Shown here piece after piece: positions 60,076-64,000 of a stretch of DNA of 64,000 nt; the stretch's first letter is position 1; every line of letters starts with the position of its first letter. The notes beneath the pieces are model-generated. The model saw only the letters and a list, made by a program, of their open reading frames with translations, was not told the origin of the DNA and ran no database searches. This DNA is from a bacterium (GTDB lineage: Bacteria > Auribacterota > UBA6266). Both the position numbers and the translations under genes were made by a program. The stretch covers positions 1,667,744-1,731,743 of the forward strand of contig JALOBK010000001.1 of the NCBI GenBank assembly GCA_023228325.1, read 5' to 3'.

Positions 60076-61359
60076 TTACACAGTGTTTTTCTTCTCTAAA
60101 ATAACCATTGTTTCCATATGCGGGGTCTGGGGGAAGAAATCGTACGCGAAAATATTTTTCAGCTTATACGCGGACAGTAATATTTTTAAGTCTCTCGTGA
60201 GCGTTGCCGGGTTGCACGATATATAGGCTATGGTTTTGGGCGGTTTCATCAGGATGTGCCTGCAGATATTCTTATCCAAACCCTTCCGCGGCGGATCAAT
60301 AATCAAAATGCCGGGCGATGATTTCAACACAGAGCTTATCAATTTTCCGCAGTCGCCTTTACCGATATGAAAATTTGTAATATTGTTGAGTTCAAGATTT
60401 TTCTTCAGAAAATGTATATTTTCTTTCGAGGACTCCACGGCAATAACCCCTGACACTCTTTTTGCCAGCAGGATACCGAATGTTCCGACGCCGCAGTAAA
60501 GATCGGCGACAGTTGTATTTTTGTCCAGTGTAATGGATTTTATCAGGTCTTCCATCAGGATATTTAACATTCCGATATTTGTCTGAAAAAAAGATTCGGA
60601 CCCTATAAGAAAGCGGGTTTGGCCGGCATATTCTTCGATAAAATAATTTCCCGCCAGGACAAGCCTGTGATTTTTCTTTTTGCAGATATATACGGCGCCG
60701 GCAAGGGGAGATTGGGCTGTTAATTCACTGAAGCTGTCGGAAAAATCTTTCAGTTCTTTCGGCTCAACGCCGTAAAGGGTTAAAAGCAGGCTTTTGTTAT
60801 GCGAACTTTCCTTCACTACTACTTTATTTATAAAATCCAGTCCGCTGTCTTTTATTATCTGTAACAGCCGTTTTAACAGCAGGCTTATATTGCCGGATAC
60901 CAGAAAACACTGTTCTATTTTTTCGAACTGTGTCCGGGAATCAGGCAGATTGTATGCGAGATGAGGGGCTTTATTTTCCCATATTATATTGAGGCTTATC
61001 TTGTTCCTGTAATTCCATATCCTGGGTGATGGACGGAAGATGATATCCGGCGATTCTATTTTCAGCTGGTGGGCGAAAAAATCTTCTTTTAATTGCGCGT
61101 GTTTGATTTTTATCTGCGTATCATAGTCCATATATTGGTAGGGGGAGCATATTTTGTAATGTGCGCACCGCGGTTTTATCCTCTTGGCCGAAGGGGAAAG
61201 TATACTGACGGTTTTTGCTTCAATGAAATTGCTTTTTTCTTTTATGGGTTCGACTTCCACCAGTTCCCCTCTCAGGCCTTCATCGGTAAAGATTATTTTT
61301 CCGCCGGTTTGGGAAAGGCTTTTTCCGGGATATACTATTTTTTCTATTTTAATTTGCAT
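60076..61359 (-). CDS. rlmD: 23S rRNA (uracil-5-)-methyltransferase RlmD/RumA family (TRAM + class I MTase)
   Basis: N-terminal TRAM domain, SAM motif DLYCGVGTFG, and C-terminal AYISCNPATLTRD. The track start GTG 61401 is unlikely and ATG 61359 (MQIKIEK) is preferred. Confidence 0.75.
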   Translation of the reverse strand: MQIKIEKIVYPGKSLSQTGGKIIFTDEGLRGELVEVEPIKEKSNFIEAKTVSILSPSAKRIKPRCAHYKICSPYQYMDYDTQIKIKHAQLKEDFFAHQLKIESPDIIFRPSPRIWNYRNKISLNIIWENKAPHLAYNLPDSRTQFEKIEQCFLVSGNISLLLKRLLQIIKDSGLDFINKVVVKESSHNKSLLLTLYGVEPKELKDFSDSFSELTAQSPLAGAVYICKKKNHRLVLAGNYFIEEYAGQTRFLIGSESFFQTNIGMLNILMEDLIKSITLDKNTTVADLYCGVGTFGILLAKRVSGVIAVESSKENIHFLKKNLELNNITNFHIGKGDCGKLISSVLKSSPGILIIDPPRKGLDKNICRHILMKPPKTIAYISCNPATLTRDLKILLSAYKLKNIFAYDFFPQTPHMETMVILEKKNTV

Positions 61360-61458
61360 GGCGTCAATTATATCATACCGGTAAAATACTGAAATAATCA
61401 CATGGTAATTTATATAATTAACTGTTATAAAATATATATGGTGATAGGGGATTGATTT

Positions 61459-61872
61459 ATGCCTGATTTTGGCGTCAGTTTAGAGAAGCAGAAAGCGCTT
61501 GATAAGAAAATGTCCGAGCTTGGCGTGAAAGACGAGGATGTAACGGAGAAGTTTATCCGCTCGGGCGGCGCGGGCGGGCAGAATGTCAATAAAGTATCCA
61601 CCTGCGTATATTTAAAGCACCTTCCCACGGGCATAGAAGTCAAGTGCCAGAAAGAACGTTCCCAGGCATTGAACCGCTATGTTGCGCGGAAACTTCTTCT
61701 TCAGAAGATAGAAACAGCTATTCTCGGGGAATTGTCGGAGGAACGGAGAAGAATAGAAAAAATACGCCGGCAGAAGCGCAAAAGGTCGAAACGGGCCAAA
61801 GAAAAAATGCTTGAGCGGAAACGCAAGCGCTCGGAAATAAAAAAACTCCGGCAAAAGGTCGATAATGAATGA
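61459..61872 (+). CDS. arfB: alternative ribosome-rescue factor ArfB (peptidyl-tRNA hydrolase, RF-1 domain)
   Basis: GGQ motif [14 protein letters not shown], a size of about 137 aa, and a basic C-terminal tail ([20 protein letters not shown]). Confidence 0.85.
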   Translation: MPDFGVSLEKQKALDKKMSELGVKDEDVTEKFIRSGGAGGQNVNKVSTCVYLKHLPTGIEVKCQKERSQALNRYVARKLLLQKIETAILGELSEERRRIEKIRRQKRKRSKRAKEKMLERKRKRSEIKKLRQKVDNE

Positions 61873-62254
61873 ACTTATAGGAACAGTGATTAAAGGAAGG
61901 GGGGCGGCCGCAGACAGGTTTAAAGAATGCCGTTCCGTCCTTGAAAAATACGGGCTGAGATTCCCCCCGCTGCGTTTCGGAACGGTAAATGTAAAAATCG
62001 ATAAAAAATATAAAACACCGTATTACGGGGTGATAATCCCGTATCATCTTCTCGATGATATTTCCCGCATGAATAAGGAATACTGGCAGTTTATCCCGAT
62101 AGAAAGCATTAACGGGAAAAAAGCAGAAGGCTATATCCTGAGAACCAGCATAAATATACACGGGGAAGAAGTTATCGAGCTGTTGGCCGAAGATATCGGC
62201 GATGAAGCGAGGCAGGGAAACAAAATAGTTGTTGAATTGGGTAAAACTTTATAA
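61865..62254 (+). CDS. DUF120-like protein (resembles archaeal-type CTP-dependent riboflavin kinase fold)
   Basis: [14 protein letters not shown] ... [11 protein letters not shown] resembles the GxVxSGxGxG ... GTLN motifs of DUF120 RibK. This is a weak call. Confidence 0.35.
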   Translation: MNELIGTVIKGRGAAADRFKECRSVLEKYGLRFPPLRFGTVNVKIDKKYKTPYYGVIIPYHLLDDISRMNKEYWQFIPIESINGKKAEGYILRTSINIHGEEVIELLAEDIGDEARQGNKIVVELGKTL

Positions 62255-62271
62255 ATAAAAGGAGGGGTCAG

Positions 62272-62517
62272 ATGACAGTTGATACATTGCGCGCAGTTTT
62301 AGGGTGGTGTTCTTTAATAAACATCGCGTTTCTTCTGTGGTGGTCATTGTTCTTTATTTTTGGACATAACTGGATATATAAGATGCACAGCAGGTGGTTT
62401 AAGCTGACTCCGGAAAAGTTTGATGCAATCCATTATTCCGGAATGGCTTTCTACAAGATATGCATATTCATCTTCAATGTCGCGCCCTATTTCGCGCTTG
62501 TTATTGCGGGGAAATGA
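62272..62517 (+). CDS. small membrane protein, hypothetical
   Basis: Two TM helices and a GGAGGGG RBS. Confidence 0.4.
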   Translation: MTVDTLRAVLGWCSLINIAFLLWWSLFFIFGHNWIYKMHSRWFKLTPEKFDAIHYSGMAFYKICIFIFNVAPYFALVIAGK

Positions 62518-62696
62518 AATTACGGGGGACGCAAGACGTTCGCTTTGCTGGGACGATGGACGTGCTGGGTTTTAAATCATCCTGCGAATTTGCCTATGCG
62601 CCGAAGCCTCTAAAACCTGAACAATAGACCGCAATTGAGTTTTTTCTAGGTTCTATTATCTATTGTTCAATTGCTCTGTCCCGCCTTTGGCGGGAC

Positions 62697-62781
62697 TGGT
62701 GCGGGCGGAGGGAGTTGAACCCCCAAGGGTTTCCCCACTAGATCCTAAGTCTAGCGTGTCTGCCAGTTCCACCACGCCCGC
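62697..62781 (-). tRNA. tRNA-Leu (anticodon TAG)
   Basis: The reverse complement is GCGGGCGTGGTGGAACTGGCAGACACGCTAGACTTAGGATCTAGTGGGGAAACCCTTGGGGGTTCAACTCCCTCCGCCCGCACCA. Long variable arm (type II), CCA encoded. Confidence 0.9.
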
Positions 62782-62897
62782 TTTGAAGAATCGGAATATT
62801 ATATATTGCAGGATATAATAAAAACAAGGCTCAAAAAAATATTTTTTTCATTTGTCCCCATATTCTGGTATAAATAGATTAAAGGACGGAGAGGATT

Positions 62898-64000
62898 ATG
62901 GAACCTTTATGTAATGTTTGGAAGAATATAGGTTTTATTTCTACCAGGTTTGCGGGAACTGACGGCGTTTCCCTCGAAACCGAGAAATGGGCGGAAGTGC
63001 TGGAGAAAAAATGCTTCAACTGTTTTTATTTCGCGGGCGAACTGGACAGGCCCGAAGAGAGAAGCATGCTTGTCGAAGAAGCCCACTTTATGCATCCCGA
63101 TATTCAAAAACTGACCTCCGAATGTTTCGGAAAAATGAAAAGGAAGCCTTCCGTTACGGATAAAATCCTCAAATTGAAGGACCACTTAAAGGCCAAAATC
63201 TATAAATTTGTCAAAAAATACGATATCGATATCCTGATTCTCGAAAACGCGCTCGCGATACCCGTTAATATCCCGCTGGGATTGGCAATCACCGAATTCA
63301 TATCAGAAACCGGTATGCCGGCAATAGCCCATCACCATGATTTTTTCTGGGAAAGAAAAAGGTTTTTGGTGAACTGTGTTTGGGATTATCTCAATATGGC
63401 GTTTCCGCCGCATCTGCCTTCAATAAAGCACGTCACGATAAATTCATCGGCAGACAACCAGATAAGTTTCAGGACAGGCGTTTCAAGCGTTGTAATCCCG
63501 AACGTGATGGACTTTGCGAATCCGCCGAAAATAGAATCGGACCGCGATGAGGTGAGAAAAGCTCTCGGGGTGCAGGACGGGGAAACCCTTATCCTTCAGC
63601 CGACAAGGGTTATCCAGCGCAAAGGCATTGAGCACGCTATCGAGCTTGTCAACAAGCTGGACAGGAAGGCGAAACTTGTAATATCTCACGCGTCCGGCGA
63701 CGAAGGGCTTACATATGAAAAAAGGGTGTCTCAGTATTCAAAAATGCTGAACGTGAGGACAAAATTCGTTTCAAAAATAATATCCGACAAACGCGGTGTC
63801 ACCGAAGACGGCAGAAAAATATACAGGATAGAAGATGTTTATCCCCATGTTGACCTTGTTACATATCCTTCGACGTTTGAAGGTTTCGGGAACGCGTTTC
63901 TGGAATCTATATACTTTAAAAAACCTATCGTCGTAAACCAGTATTCGATTTACGCCATTGACATTAAACCGAAAGGGTTTAAGACCATAGAAATAGACGA
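62898..64000 (+). CDS. glycosyltransferase (GT4/GT1-like), 3'-truncated at the window edge
   Basis: The frame is open from ATG 62898 to the window end. The sequence is MEPLCNVWKNIGFISTRFAGTDGVSLETEKWAEVL...EGFGNAFLESIYFKKPIVVNQY, and the E-x7-E-like EGFGNAFLE is typical of retaining GT4 enzymes. Confidence 0.6.
   Translation, partial: MEPLCNVWKNIGFISTRFAGTDGVSLETEKWAEVLEKKCFNCFYFAGELDRPEERSMLVEEAHFMHPDIQKLTSECFGKMKRKPSVTDKILKLKDHLKAKIYKFVKKYDIDILILENALAIPVNIPLGLAITEFISETGMPAIAHHHDFFWERKRFLVNCVWDYLNMAFPPHLPSIKHVTINSSADNQISFRTGVSSVVIPNVMDFANPPKIESDRDEVRKALGVQDGETLILQPTRVIQRKGIEHAIELVNKLDRKAKLVISHASGDEGLTYEKRVSQYSKMLNVRTKFVSKIISDKRGVTEDGRKIYRIEDVYPHVDLVTYPSTFEGFGNAFLESIYFKKPIVVNQYSIYAIDIKPKGFKTIEID

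Noticed and set aside
61360-61401. GTG start at 61401 for the RlmD-like methyltransferase
   Set aside because: In-frame ATG at 61359 begins the TRAM domain. The extension has no RBS and reads ATG-TGA in the adjacent frame. The shorter start is preferred.

Overview
This 64-kb window is a chromosomal segment of an uncultivated, probably anaerobic bacterium. GC content looks moderate (about 40%), there are many secreted proteins, and HydF is present. The 16S 5' region is atypical and I cannot place the organism in a phylum from it.

The first 22.8 kb are densely packed, translationally coupled housekeeping genes on the + strand. They run ligA (5' truncated), an MBL hydrolase, xerD-like, a DHH-CBS-poly(A)-polymerase/CCA-type fusion, an M50 protease, trpS and scpAB. 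These are followed by an aromatic amino acid block (pheA, hisC-like, DAHP synthase, tyrA, aroA), then cmk, plsC, a LemA/TPM pair, rpsA and tyrS.

A complete rRNA operon lies at 23.2-29.5 kb: tandem promoters, 16S, tRNA-Ile(GAT), tRNA-Ala(TGC), 23S, 5S and a terminator. The 23S gene is interrupted at the I-CreI-type site (E. coli position 2593) by a 754-nt group I intron. The intron carries a 163-aa single-motif LAGLIDADG homing endonuclease ORF.

The second half is more accessory in character. It holds a secreted GH16-discoidin glycosidase, a zinc-ribbon/membrane/thioredoxin operon, a TPP riboswitch with thi4, an orphan hydF and a GntR-type sugar regulator. It also holds a TGS-uridine-kinase-like gene facing a Cas4-like nuclease, an aldo-keto reductase, a UxaB-like dehydrogenase, a DUF72 protein, an acyl-CoA ligase, and metXW preceded by a structured leader. 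Further on are tRNA-Lys, an RlmD-like methyltransferase, arfB, tRNA-Leu and a partial glycosyltransferase.

The points most worth a second look are:
- the rRNA intron with its homing endonuclease;
- a 108-bp perfect direct repeat (the plsC 3' end duplicated) flanking the 3.1-kb LemA/TPM-TPR-DUF1266 module;
- an AT-rich islet of about 3.3 kb just upstream of tRNA-Lys, encoding a lipoprotein, an SH3b protein and an Mrr-like nuclease-TPR fusion (a candidate defence gene);
- a dispersed AT-rich intergenic repeat family rich in TCGAAAT motifs, one copy of which sits inside the rRNA spacer;
- a MITE-like inverted-repeat element with iterons;
- a recurring CCCGCC-N4-GGCGGG hairpin family.

I saw no CRISPR array, integrase or transposase.
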